Positions 33,671 to 46,600 of a DNA stretch of 64,000 nt are shown here, in pieces. The position numbers and the translations under genes are program-made. How positions within the stretch are numbered: position 1 is the stretch's first letter; every line of letters begins with the position of its first letter. This DNA is from Takakia lepidozioides. Lineage: Eukaryota > Plantae > Bryophyta. The notes beneath the pieces are model-generated. The model searched no databases and was not told where the DNA came from. It saw nothing but the letters and a program-made list of their open reading frames with translations. The DNA lies in the NCBI GenBank assembly GCA_030704615.1, contig CM060733.1, positions 3,782,001 through 3,846,000 on the forward strand. The letters run 5' to 3'.

Positions 33671-35659
33671 TCAAAACAGCGCAGATGCTGCGGCATTTTG
33701 TGGTTCAGATTTGAGAGCACTCACTGCGGCACGTTCAGCCAGCTCCACATTCCCATGGATTTTGCAAGCACCAAGCAAGGGCCCCCAAACTGCAGCACTT
33801 GGTTCGTATGGAATATTTTTGATAAAGACTGCTGCCTCATCCAAGTGCCCTGCACGACCAAGAAGGTCAACCATGCAACCATAGTGCTGTTCTGACGGCC
33901 TGATGCCATGATCTACAGTCATAGAATGGAACTGATGATGGCCTTCATCCACTAGACCCATATGGCTGCATGCAGAGAGAACCCCAATGAACGTGACCTC
34001 ATCCGGCTTCACCCCTTGCTGTTGCATCTCTTGAAAGAGTTGTAGGGCCTCCTTGCCACAACCATGCTGCGCATATCCTACAATCATCACATTCCAGGAG
34101 ACCACATCTCGTTCCAGAATTTTGTAAAACACCTGCCGTGCATCCCACACACTCCCACACTTGGCATACATGTCCACAAGTGCATTTCCCACCCAGACAT
34201 CTGACTCAATCCCACTTTGGATAATGTAGGCATGGACCCGTTTGCCCTCGTCCAGGGCTGCTAGGCTAGCGCATGCTGTGATGATGCTAATGAAAGTGAC
34301 ATTGTCAGGGTTCACACCTTCCCGGTGCATGAGCCAAAATACCTCCAATGCTTCCCTGGATTGACCATGCTGAGCCAAACCTGCCAGCACCGCACTCCAT
34401 GAGACCACATCTAGTTCAGGCATTTTGGAGAACACTTGGCGCGCATCCACCAGACTCCCACATTTGCCATACATGGTGACGAGTGCATTCCCCACTTCAA
34501 CAAACGACTCAAATCCAGATTTGATGATGTCTGCATGGAGCTGCCTGCCCTGATTCAAAGCAGCTGGGCTAGCACACGCATTGAGGATACTAATGAAAGT
34601 GACCTTGTTAGGCTTAATGCCTTCTTGTTGCATTTGCTTAAAGACTTCGAAGGCCTCTGGACAATGGCCTTGCTGAGCTAATCCTGAGATCATTGCATTC
34701 CATGAGATTACATCTCGCCGTGTCATTTTCTCAAACACTTGATGGGCATCTCCCACACTCCCACACTTGCAATACATGCTGATGAGGGCAGTCCCAACAC
34801 AGACATCTGACTCAAAGCCGCGCCTGACGATGGCTGCATGGAGCTGCTTGCCTTGTTCCAGCGCCACTTGGCTAACACACGCCTTAAGGATGCCGATGAA
34901 AGTGATCCTGTCTGCCACCATGCCTTCTCTTTGCAATTGCAAAAAGAGATTCCAAGCCTCGTCACCATGACCAAGCTGAGCAGCTCCTGCAATCATTACA
35001 TTCCATGAGATCACATCTCGTTTAGGCATTTTGCAAAATACTCGGCGTGCATCCACCACACTCCCGCACTTGCAATACATGCTGACAAGGGCAGTCCCCA
35101 CTCGGACATCTGAATCAAATCCCGCTTTCATGATTTCGGCGTGTACCTGTTTTCCCCGATCTAGAGATGCCGGGCTGACCATCGCCTTGAGGATGCCCAA
35201 GAAGGTGATCTCGTTTGGCTTCACGCCATGTTGTTGCATTTGTTTCAGGAATTCAAAGGCCTCCTCACCACGTCCTTGCCGAGCTAAGCTTGCAATCATT
35301 CCCGTCCATGAGACCACATCCCGATTGGTTCCATTGCCATCTTTGTTTCCTTCCATCACCTCTTCTCTTCGTCTTCGCCCTCGGTTAGAAGCAGTGGTGA
35401 TCATACACGAGGCAAGACTCATGCATTTGCCAGGAGTCTGATGCCCGATAGACAAGAATTGCAACTCCACCGCCGGGCCCGGGCATAAAGACAAGAAGAG
35501 TCTTGGGCATACTGTTTGGAAGTCCAAGGTTTCTCTGTGGAGAGGTGAATTATGAGTCCTCTCAAGGAAATAAGGTAGCCCACGGAGAGAAAATGAGCGT
35601 TGGCTGCATACTTGAAAGGTCCAATGCAAGGCGTGCGAGATGCTCATCGGAGGTCGCAT
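33671..35659 (-). CDS. PLS-class pentatricopeptide repeat protein (organellar RNA-editing factor type), truncated within the E region
   Basis: Intronless 662-aa ORF with about four P-L-S triplets plus P2-L2-S2 (DVVSW..MI, PN.VTF..IL.AC, VG.AL..MY.KCGS) and E1 (VWGPLLGACKIHGN). Confidence 0.92.
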   Translation of the reverse strand: MRPPMSISHALHWTFQVCSQRSFSLRGLPYFLERTHNSPLHRETLDFQTVCPRLFLSLCPGPAVELQFLSIGHQTPGKCMSLASCMITTASNRGRRRREEVMEGNKDGNGTNRDVVSWTGMIASLARQGRGEEAFEFLKQMQQHGVKPNEITFLGILKAMVSPASLDRGKQVHAEIMKAGFDSDVRVGTALVSMYCKCGSVVDARRVFCKMPKRDVISWNVMIAGAAQLGHGDEAWNLFLQLQREGMVADRITFIGILKACVSQVALEQGKQLHAAIVRRGFESDVCVGTALISMYCKCGSVGDAHQVFEKMTRRDVISWNAMISGLAQQGHCPEAFEVFKQMQQEGIKPNKVTFISILNACASPAALNQGRQLHADIIKSGFESFVEVGNALVTMYGKCGSLVDARQVFSKMPELDVVSWSAVLAGLAQHGQSREALEVFWLMHREGVNPDNVTFISIITACASLAALDEGKRVHAYIIQSGIESDVWVGNALVDMYAKCGSVWDARQVFYKILERDVVSWNVMIVGYAQHGCGKEALQLFQEMQQQGVKPDEVTFIGVLSACSHMGLVDEGHHQFHSMTVDHGIRPSEQHYGCMVDLLGRAGHLDEAAVFIKNIPYEPSAAVWGPLLGACKIHGNVELAERAAVSALKSEPQNAAASALF

Positions 35660-37639
35660 GGCATCACTACTATAACTTGTATGGTTGAATCTTTATAGGA
35701 CAGAGAGATCTATACCCATGGAAAATGAAAGGAAGTGGACAATGATGCACAAGAAGAAGATATTCACCAGCTTAAACCTTAACTGGATGGTATTCGGACC
35801 AGTTTCGAGGAGATGCGCTGCAGATAAATCGCGCAGCCGTCTGAAGCACTGTTGGGCATTGGATCCTCCTGCGTCCCATCGTCTGTCTCGATGTGACGGC
35901 TGCTCGAAAGGCATGGTGCCAACACAGAAAATGCTGAGAGAGCTCTGCCATATCAGGCCATCTCTTGCTTCGATTGAGAGTGCCATTGCAGGTGTGCTTG
36001 AGGCACCTTGGTAAATTGGCTACTTCAACGGTTAACTGTAGCTGTTGTAGACACCGGCTATGGTGGTGTGCATCTCTGTCCCACCCTGCTCATCTGCGTC
36101 CCGACCTCAGCACGAGTAGATCGAACTTGTCAACAGCCTACAAAACACTGTTTCGGTGGATCAATGATAAACCGTACCTACGGCATCACGGCAATACAAT
36201 TAACAAAATCTAGCTAACACATAAGACCATGAACGCAGCTATGAGTGAAAATCGAGATTTCTGAAACAATCTAGAAACATTTGCGACAAGTGATTCGACA
36301 GAAAATTCTTTGGGTGCTACTGGCTCAATCTATTTTACGTCGGGCAGAGGTTGCTGGGGCGGCTTCATCTCGCCTCCCCGCACTCTCTGATCCACCCTCT
36401 TTCCTGTTGTCTGACCTTCTTCAGGCTGTAGGTGATACTAGAATAGTTTGATTTCTTTCATTGTGTTAATATATCTAGTTCTACGAGCTTTGGTTGTTTC
36501 CTCTTGGGGACAGTTACACCCATTTGTACAGTCACCCCACTTGGGTCTTTTTATAAGGCTATGCAGGATTTCTCTTGCTATGGTAGGTTGCTTGATTCGT
36601 CTCTTGGATTCGGTTATTACTCTGTTTCATCTGGTGGGATGCAAAACATGGAAGATGGAGATCTGGGCACCGGCTCTGAATCGCCTGCTGCTCGAGCACA
36701 ACAATCGGTCTGTCCAGAAGCCTAGGTTTCGAATTGCGATCCCGGTGTAAAGAACATGCACTGAACATATGATTGAAGAAATAAAAAAGTTTGGTGTCTT
36801 TGGTTTTGCACCGAAACGCTGAAATAACTTGTCTATCAACCCAATCCAGTTGCTGTGCTCCTCCTTCAGGGTTCTGCTCTCTGGCTCACCCATTTTAGGA
36901 AGTTCAAGCTTGACTTGTGGACACGTTCATGAATCTGAATATTACCCATTTGGTTTATAGAATACCACAGGTGTTCGACACTGCGTGGAATTATCGAAGG
37001 CTGAAGATCTTGGATGCGAAGGGAAGCATCTACTTCTGGTTACACAGTGTCCGCAGTCGTCCATGTTGAAGGCTTTTAGACACAATCAGGGGAGACTAAG
37101 AATGTAACAAGACTATTGAATGCGACAAAGATCTGTCCCCATTCAGGCCACCACTTAAAGAATTCAATTCGGCATTGGTCAGGCAGAGACTTGCAAACTC
37201 ACCAGGCAAGGAAGGGGCAGCAAGTACTGGGCCTAACCCACAAAATTGCTGGCAAAATTTGTACATTCTCAACTCTCCCTAGATGTCCAGTCTTTCTGTC
37301 AGGCATTCTATTAGCCATAAACACACTGCTTCCGGGTAAGACATTGTCCACATCCAGCTCAAAATGCACTGGGTTTTGGAGATTCTCTTGATACCTCCAA
37401 AACTGCTGATAACCTAATGATGGATGTACTTTCTCTAACAAGGGTTGTCTTAATGTCTTAACCCCAAGCTATCTTGTCCAATTCCTGAATCAAAGATGTG
37501 AAACTCCACCTGTCTCTGTACAGCATCTACAGCTCAATAATAATCATAGTCGATTTCTGTACCATTCACCCACTCTATGTCACAAGTGGGTACAAAAACC
37601 ATGGCTACACCATCAAAATAACAAGAAAAGTGTAGCACT

Positions 37640-40600
37640 ACAGAATGTAAATATGTACATTCTGATTTCCAGAAACAATCTTCAGGTCATGATGTCGTCC
37701 CTCAATAGCTCGGAAACTCCGTTCTTTTATTTCTTCCTCTCTCAGATTCTTCTCTGAAGCTGCTATATCATTAGTTGTCTTTTCCAACTCCCTCTCTTCC
37801 TTTGCCAACTGTTGCTCTTGTGTCCCAATCAAGTTGCAAACACTTTGGAGTTGACGCTGGCGTTCAAATGAATGGGAGGCAGGAGGGAGAAGACCCTGTT
37901 GTGATTGTCGTTCCTCATATGGCACCAACGCAAAGCTAACAGGCATAACGTGTCTGCAAAACCAATAATCCAAAACACACATAAGCTGCTTCCCACTCCA
38001 TACTACTGGTTTTTGAGTCTCATTGTCCTCCCATTGCCTGGCAATCCCTGGGTTTCCCTCTGGAATCTTACTGCCCTTCGGTAGCGGCAGTAATATAAAT
38101 AGACACCTAGGAAGATTAGCTGCTGCATTTCCTCTCTATTGAGTCATCCATGAAATATTTTTGTTCAGCAAACCCCATCATACAAGCAATGAGTGGAGCA
38201 TGAGGGAGAGGCCCTTGAGCACCTGGTCTCGCCTAACCGCTGGCGCATGTTGCTCCGTATAATATACCTATCCAGTGAGATTGCACCACCTGTCAAACAA
38301 TTATTGGATTTGGCCGCTAGCATATTCTCACGTGTATCATAGACTTGCAGATTTTGTAGGAGGTGGTAGAACAGAGATTCCCTAAGACCCATTTCACGCT
38401 GGCGCACGGTCACTTTCATGTGGAGATGTTCCTCCTTCAAATGCAGCAGATTGACAGCAAAGCCTAAAAAGCCTGGGGGCTTCTGCTTCTCACCATTGCA
38501 CATGATTAAGGGGGGTTCTATCTCCAGTAGCAATTGTGGATGACTTCTATTTACACGTCCAGTGTATGCCCTGAGAAACAAACCACCAAAGGCACACAAA
38601 AATTCAGTACAATGTGCATTCTAGTGTTGGTGAGACTCGCTAGTAAAAGCATTGACAAAAACTCAAAACAGTCCAATCCAGGCAGAATTGACTTTCTGCA
38701 GACCTGGAGACTGGAAAAGCCCTTCATCAAGCCATCTTACACTTAAGCATTGTTATGATTGTCCTCCATAAATCCATGAACTCTGATTGGTGTTAGAGAC
38801 CCCACCTACTAGTTTGTCAACTCATCTAGACTTTGCTGCATAAGCATAGCTCACAGCCTAACCATAGACAGACATCAGCAAGCCTATGCTAAACCCTCTT
38901 GTAGAATGGCTTGACCTGCAATCCATTCTTGTGATGGTACACCTATAGTGCAGATGTATAAGATGTGTAAGATGAAAAGTGTAGATAGGAGAGGCCCAGA
39001 CAGCATTCATTCACCTAAGGCCTCAGCAGATATCTATATCAAATTTCACAAAAATTCTCTACTTTGTCAAGTTATCAATTCCACCAGCTTCTGCCATCTA
39101 TACTTGCATACTGTCGATGTAAGCTGGTGATTGCTCCTTACCGCACATCAGAAAGAGCCTGTGCATCATATGATCCAGAGATCTTGTAGCTACAGATAGC
39201 TCGGAGACCCCTGTTCTGCATAGGTTGGCCATTCCTGTCCCTTTCCTCCAAGGCATTTATGCCAGTTTGGGTCTTGCACACAATCAGTAGCAAGCTGCCC
39301 AGACCCATATAATCACACAGAATACTGCACACACACACATTGTGAGGAAGGGATATAAGGGGATTCAAAGGGGATGAAATGAAATGAAATGGTGCTTTAT
39401 AACGTCCGCGGAAAGCTCATAGAGCTTATGGGACAAAATGGAAGAAAACATGAGAGAGGAGAAATGGGAGAAATGGGAGAAATGGGAGAAATGAAAGGAG
39501 ATGGTACTTTACAACGCCACGGAAAACTCAAAGAGCTTATGGGACAATAGAAAGAAAGAGAACAAGAAAGAGAGGGGCGCCCTGCACAATCAGCCCAGAC
39601 CTCCGTAGGAAATTGTGTATCACGGAATAAACAATTGAATCTGCAACGGATCTCATAGTGGCAGTGAAAGAAGGTTTTTCTTCACATTAATTGTGGTTTC
39701 TGGATTTGTTCCTCTCATGTTTTCTTCCATTTTGTCCCATAAGCTCTACGAGCTTTCTGCGGACGTTATAAAGCACCATTTCATTTCATTTCATTTCACT
39801 TCCGATTTCTCCGTTGTTCCTAATGCAAGCGGGGCATAGGTGGTTGTCACGCTGCAGGTTGTCCATCCTATCCGCAGAGTGTGGGAGCCCACCCTGCACC
39901 TCCCCAAGAAGAGAGGGAGATAGAGCTGCAGACAGGTAATCGGGCTGCAAGATTCTATATTCACAGAGGTCCAAGAATGTCTCCCACTAGAACTGCAGTT
40001 GTGTTGTAAGGTTGGCTGGTTTCCATGTCCGTCTAATGTTTAAGTTCCGTAAGTTCTCACATGATGTTTGTACTGCGGTCCCCATTTGGACGCAATTTCC
40101 ACCCCCAATGTATTTTGTGGCAGTAGAGAAGGAATGGAGAGTCCATTGCACTAAAAAAACCACCCTAGAAATAGAAAAAAGATACTTCACACCATCCATG
40201 GGCCCTCGGATGAAGTAGGATATCACATCAAATCATCAAATCACATCAAAAGCCTCCACAGATTGCTTGAAGAAATGCCTCTTGCAGAAGCATGAGACAC
40301 AGGGAGAGATAGGTAGGCCGACTACTTTTGAACATAGATTTCCCGAGAGAAAAATATACTTTTAGCACAAGCATGCCTCCAGAACTACTTTCTAAAAGTG
40401 TAGATAGGAGCTGGAAACATTTTAGGGACAATTTACTCACTGGTTCAAAGCCTGGCTCTCCACCCGAGCAAGCATTGCAACTACCCCCACTGCATCTGCT
40501 GCTATGGGGCACAAAGAGCCATTGGAGCAAGCTTGAACAAATGCCCAGGGGGCAGCATTCCCAGACATGGCCTGTTTCCTCATGTCATCGAGGACATCTC

Positions 40601-43600
40601 GAGTAGTGCGTGGCGGTTGCTTTGTTTCATTGCTTATAATACCAGTATCATTGGCCTCCAACTGCTGCTTCACGATAGTCTTGCGTTTTTCAATCAGCTG
40701 CTCTAGCCTTGCTGCTCAGCAAAGCAGTGACAGCAACTGTCAGATCCTTTTCCCCACTTGAATGCTCCAGTCTTTTCAGTAATTTAGTGACTAAAGGTTC
40801 TTCATATTCTTTATGAAAAATGGTCTATATCTAGCTAGCGCAAATGAGACAAGGATGTGTGGCAAGAAGCTCAGGAGGTTGTCTCCAACTACTAACCTTT
40901 ACGGTGAGGTATCTCCTTGGCCACCATGCTCCTCTCAGTCCGGAGGTGGCTGATATGTTCCTTCACAACCTGAATCCACATGCACAACAAGGATTACAGT
41001 CTACGCTCACTGAGGGAAGGGGGAAATCAAATCGTATGTGGTGCGCCAGAGCAGGAGATTCTGAGATGAAGCACTTTTCTAGACACCCAGCACATTGCCA
41101 TGCTACAAAGTGAGAGATTCCTACCAAGGCTACCACAAGGACACTTCTTCAAATCTGATCTTCACACGATACCATGCAAAGAACTTTAGACAGAACCACA
41201 ATAGAATGCTGGCCCAAAAAGCTCTAAAATCTATTTGAGAACAAAATAGTATTGAAAATCTTAAATTCCAGTCTTCGCATTAGCTTGTTGACCATTAGCT
41301 GACCCTCCCCAACAAAACATCGCACGGCAACATAGGTGAGTTGCCAATGACTACAGCATCATCTCTTGGTTGTTGTATAAAGGGTGTTGCAAGTTAGCAT
41401 CTTCAACAGTAACTTGATCTTGTCAAGACAAGCTCTAACATCCTCCTGAGTTTTGTCAGCAAGGTTGGTGCTTGTCACCATCAGCATCAATTCGGTGGGC
41501 TCAAAAAGAGGCATATTCTCCAATTGGCCTTCCCCTCCAGCCACAGAAACTGTTAAGGTGTAGGTGCCCAACCTTCCTGGCCCCAGCTGGATCTCTTCAA
41601 AAGTTGCTTCCCCATTCTTCACAACTGCAGTGTCTCCACTGCACAAGAAGCATGACCTGACCACACCTTGACGACAAGAAATCCCTTCGTCCTCCACTGG
41701 AGCTAGCTCCAGAGCAAGTTCTAGATCAGAAATATTCATGCATTGGTTTCCATGTACATCTAGAACCTTGGCTTGAAGAATGTGACCCTTCTGTCCTGAT
41801 TGTTCCCAGGCGACATCAATCCGTGCTGGGGGACCGTGCCTTACCAACAACTGGCGAGAGACACTTGGGATACTGTAGCCTGGTAGCCAAAACTGTAGTA
41901 TGTATGACCCAGATTGAGAGGGGACGTAGACCCGTGAAAACACGAAATTGTTTGATACACTGCCGACTACCTCATCGTCAATTTCGCCCTGGTATTCCTT
42001 CATTCCTATACTTACCAGACCCTCCGATTGGATTGTCATGACTGGAGGTATCAATTGCTTGCATGGCTGTCTGTCAGCAGATTCCACAACCACGTTTGAT
42101 TTTGGCAAACATTGGGTGTCACATGAAAGACTGATGGCAAGTGGCGTATCATCTATCAGCCTGAGTGCTGAAGGGTAATTTCCAGGCTTCACCTCAAGGG
42201 AGAACTCTGGTTCGGCTGGGATTGGTGATCCCTGTTTGGACAACAAGCTTCTATAACAGATCATAACTCTGTAACTTCCAACATCTGCTTCTAGTTTGAA
42301 GGTTGGGAATGTGCCAACCCCATTCTGTATCTTGCATTGTCGCTGAGTCTTCTTTGTAAGACCAATGGCGCCTGAGTCTATAGCCTCCTCTGTGGCAAAC
42401 ACAAGATCGAGGACTTGTTGATCGTAGTCACTACAGATGTTCTTGTATGAGTCTAGCAAGTAGACATTTACTTCAGGAAAAGAGCTTAGACGAGCAACTT
42501 CAATCGACTTCGTCGGATGGGTGATAATGTCCCCAAGCTGTTCAACAATTGAAGATATCGATTCAGTCATCACCACTGGTACAAGCTGGGCTGGCTTACC
42601 ATGTTTCAATCTGACAGTCCAACTGAGAGCTGCAGTAGAACCCCGATGTTGTTGTTGTAGCATCATGGATTCATCTCGCAGTGAAACTATGTATGTCCCA
42701 ATTGGCCCTCCTGTTAGCACATGTGCTGCGTAGTCGGGGTAAATAGAGTTACCTGACTCGACAATCTTCACGCATTCGACTGTCCATTCACTACGGGGAT
42801 ACATCAACTCCCTTTCCGGACAAATTTCCACTGTGAGCTGGATACCACAAGCAACATCGCATACAAGACTCAAGCTTATTAACAACACCAGAAACTGGAC
42901 TCTTGCAGGTCAGGAATATATAATGATGGTGTCCAGACCTTCGAGATAGCTCTTACTACGTCATCCATTAATGCGTACACCTAGATCGAAGCAAGGCCCA
43001 CCACTTTCAGCATTGCTTCACCCTGCCAAAACTGAGGACAAATAGCTGCAGCAACAGACAACTTGATGCTTTCGAAGACTTTCAGTCAGGGTCTACCCAC
43101 TACACAAACCGGGAAAAAGGGAACTTCACATATTTGATCTAAGAGCGTGTTGGTGATTTTATTTTTTATTTGTGTTTGTGTTGGAGTTAAAGACATTTGG
43201 GGATTATTATTTTGTTTGATGGGGTGTGCGGATTTTTGATTGTATATTTGTGGCCAGATTGTTATTTTTGTATTATTTTTTGTGCTAATACGTGAGGTTT
43301 TTAGTTGTTACCCAGAGTGGTGGGATTTTTTGATTTGTTTTCACATTTTATCCTGTGCTGAATTTTGAGAATATGTTTGGCAGATAGTGATGAACTGAGT
43401 TGTTTTGTGTACTTTTTTTCCATTGATTATTCAATGAGGGGTGAGTGGTGAGTGGGAGTGGCAAGGGGGATGGTCTTTGTGCTATAGTTTTTTTTTATTG
43501 TTGGAATGTAGAATTTATTATGGTATGTGGAAGTGGCATGATTTTTAGAGTTGATGCATTGATATGGTTAGTCATAGGGGGCATTGTTTTGGTGTGTGTG

Positions 43601-46600
43601 GGGTCTTGAGTTTTTGGATTCATTTTTGGTTATTTTTTTTCATTGTGTTTTTGTCAAGAACTGAGGGTCAATGTGGATTTTCAATTTGTGTTGAAAAGGG
43701 GTTGTACTGGTTAGGTTTAGGGTTCTTAGTTTTTTTTTATGTTAGAATGGTTCAGTGTGTGACTGTGTATTTGTTGCAGATGTTGGGTGAGGTGAGACCT
43801 GTCGGATAGAGGTTTGTTGATTATATTGCATTGGGGTTGGTGGGGAGTTTAGTTAGATTGTATTGTGTTGTATTTATCATTGTTTTTTGCTACAGTATGA
43901 ATATTTTTGTGAGTTTGGTGATTGTGGGGGTTTTCTTTATTCTATATTACCAAGATTTTGTTATTTGTATATTGGAACGGGGTGGTTGCATGGGGTTGCT
44001 TGCCATCTTTTTGTTTTAGTTTTTCTTTTAATGATTGATAAGGGTATGAGGTTACGTTATATATTTTGTATTTGTGATTTTTTGTTGGTTTGATATAGTG
44101 TAGATATTATTTGTTGTGATGGTGTGTGGTTTGGAGGCTGGGAGTTTTAGGGGTTTGATGTGGGTTTGTTTTAATTTGTTGTTTATACCATTCTTTATTT
44201 GGTTGCGGTGTAGATTTTTTGTTTTTTAGTTTGTAGATTTTACCTGGTTATAGATTCATAAAGGTTGGTTATTGTTTGATGTTTTTATATTGTTTTTGAG
44301 TTAGAATGTTTTTTTCATGTTTTTTTTTTTTGAAAATCATTTAGTTTTTTGATTTGATTTTTCGGTATTATTACCTTGTTATTTTGTTATTGGTGCTGGT
44401 TTGGTCTGTGGTTTTTTGTTTATTAAGTTTGTTTTTGTTTATATTTGTTGGTTATATTTGTTGATTATTTGTTGAGGGTATGTGAGGATGAATTGTATTT
44501 ATCGATTTTCTTCACGCATTGTTGGGTCTGATTCAACTCCCTTTATGGTACAAATTTCACTGTGGGCTGCAACCAAAGTTGATTTCATTTTTATTCAACC
44601 CAAAGGAATATATAATGATTTGTCCAATTTCGAAGATGTTATTTGTCATATTAACATGCATTATTTTTTTTTGACAACTTGATGCTTTCGACCGGGAAAA
44701 GGGAACTTCACATATTTGATTAGCGTTTTGTGATATAGTAGCATTTTCTGATGACTGACTGTCTACAGGTAGGCAACCTCCTCTCTTAGCTAGTTACAAC
44801 ACAGAATGGGAGAGGATGGAAGGAAGTTTTCTTACTTTCTGAATCATCTCACCAGTCAGGACTGCCGGTTGGCCGCGATCATCGAGAGCCAGAAACTTCA
44901 GGACCAGAATACTGTCACAGTCTGTTTCTAGGTACTGTGACCTCTGGTTGCTAGCCGGTAAGTCGAGCCGACAAGCTGTGCCCAGCTCCAGGTCCACCTG
45001 CGATCCAACAAAGCCTTCACCTTTCACATCCTGTGCTGAACTACTGAACCAATGAAAAGACTAATGAATGCAGATAAAAGCAGAAATTAGAGAATACATC
45101 ATAATAGTCCGAACCTGCAAGTTGCATTTCAGATCCTTGTACATGGTGTGTGAGATTTTGCCAACCCACAGCCCAGGTTCTGTTGGGAGATCAATCTTGG
45201 GCAACTCGCATCTTCCTTTAACAAGAGGACAAGTAATATTCTTCATCCAATTCAGTGTAAGACTGTGGTATGGTGCATCAACTGCTGGGTCAACTACTCC
45301 ATCATTGTCGATGACCTCCACCATGATACCTTTGAGACTGCTCCCTATCACACACTTGCAAGGAACCTGTTTCAATAATACGAGATAAGTCCATAGAGAA
45401 GGTCATTGCCTTCAGTCACATAGACACCCTGTCATGAGGAGAAACGCATGGATTCATTCATTGGTATATGAATGATAGGCAGCATTCTTTCTAGATTGTC
45501 AAGAACAAGATAAACAGAATCATTGTCATTGTCAATCTCTTTGAACACCTTATTGCAATGCAGGCCAGTCTGTGCCTAGAGGCATTCACACTTTTTTTCC
45601 CCAAGCTCATTTACAATATGCCTGTATGCTGCCGTGCCCATCCTCTTGAGATACAGTCCCTCGGAAGACAATTGTAGTTCTACCACAACGCCCACAGTTT
45701 GTGGAGCATTCGTTTACAATAGACTTTCCATCTTAGAGGTGACCAGAGGACTGGTGGAAATAAGAGCCTCTTCCCTAGTGGCTACTCCCTTTTTGGAGGT
45801 GGGCTCTAGAATTTTCATTTTGTCCCTTCTGGGTCACAGTTTTCATCCGTGACTACATTACAAGACTGTTGCTGAAATTTAGTCCCCTCTGGACAGCGAC
45901 CGGCAAGAACAAGCCACAAAGATGTCATCATCATGCCAAGCTGCTCTGACATCAGCGAAGCTTACCTCTCCAATGACATGCAAGCTTCGGGTGACAACCT
46001 TGAAAAAGATTTCCAGTAGCTTGCCATCCCTCTCTTTTTCGGGGGTAAATGCTATACAGCCTACACACCCAACAAAATAAGTTCTTCCTTGAGGGTGTGT
46101 CAAACATTCAAATGTCACATTAAATTATTCAGAAACCCCACGGGTGTAGCAGAAAAGTATCCTAAGAACCACCTGAATGATATATGGACCTGATGGCTGG
46201 GTTTTAGAGAGGACATATGACCAGGTGGAGTAGTTAAGTTGCCTACATAAAGAAATTCATGTGGTCCCAGCTTCTCTACCATCTCTATGGTAGTTGAGGG
46301 GCTGTGAAACTCACACAAGTATGCTGTTAGGTAGACTACATAGGTGTGAAGTAGCATCAGCAACCAGGCGTAAGCAGCACTAGACAAAGATACACCTAGA
46401 CAACGAGAAGAAAGTTGCTGCAAATCAGCTGGGACTCTCTTTTGTAGTCAAATGATCTGGATTCAGAACTGCTTGAATCACTTCAGCTGAGTGCCAACCT
46501 AATTTGGCCAAACTAGGTCAATTTACATCTCGTTTAGGACTTCAATTTAACACTGCATCATGTCCCGACTCGTGTTTCAAAGCCATTTAGAGCAAAGAAA

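Noticed and set aside
43564-44093. Hydrophobic F/L/V/C-rich ORFs as membrane proteins
   Set aside because: Expected artefact of the T/G-rich composition.
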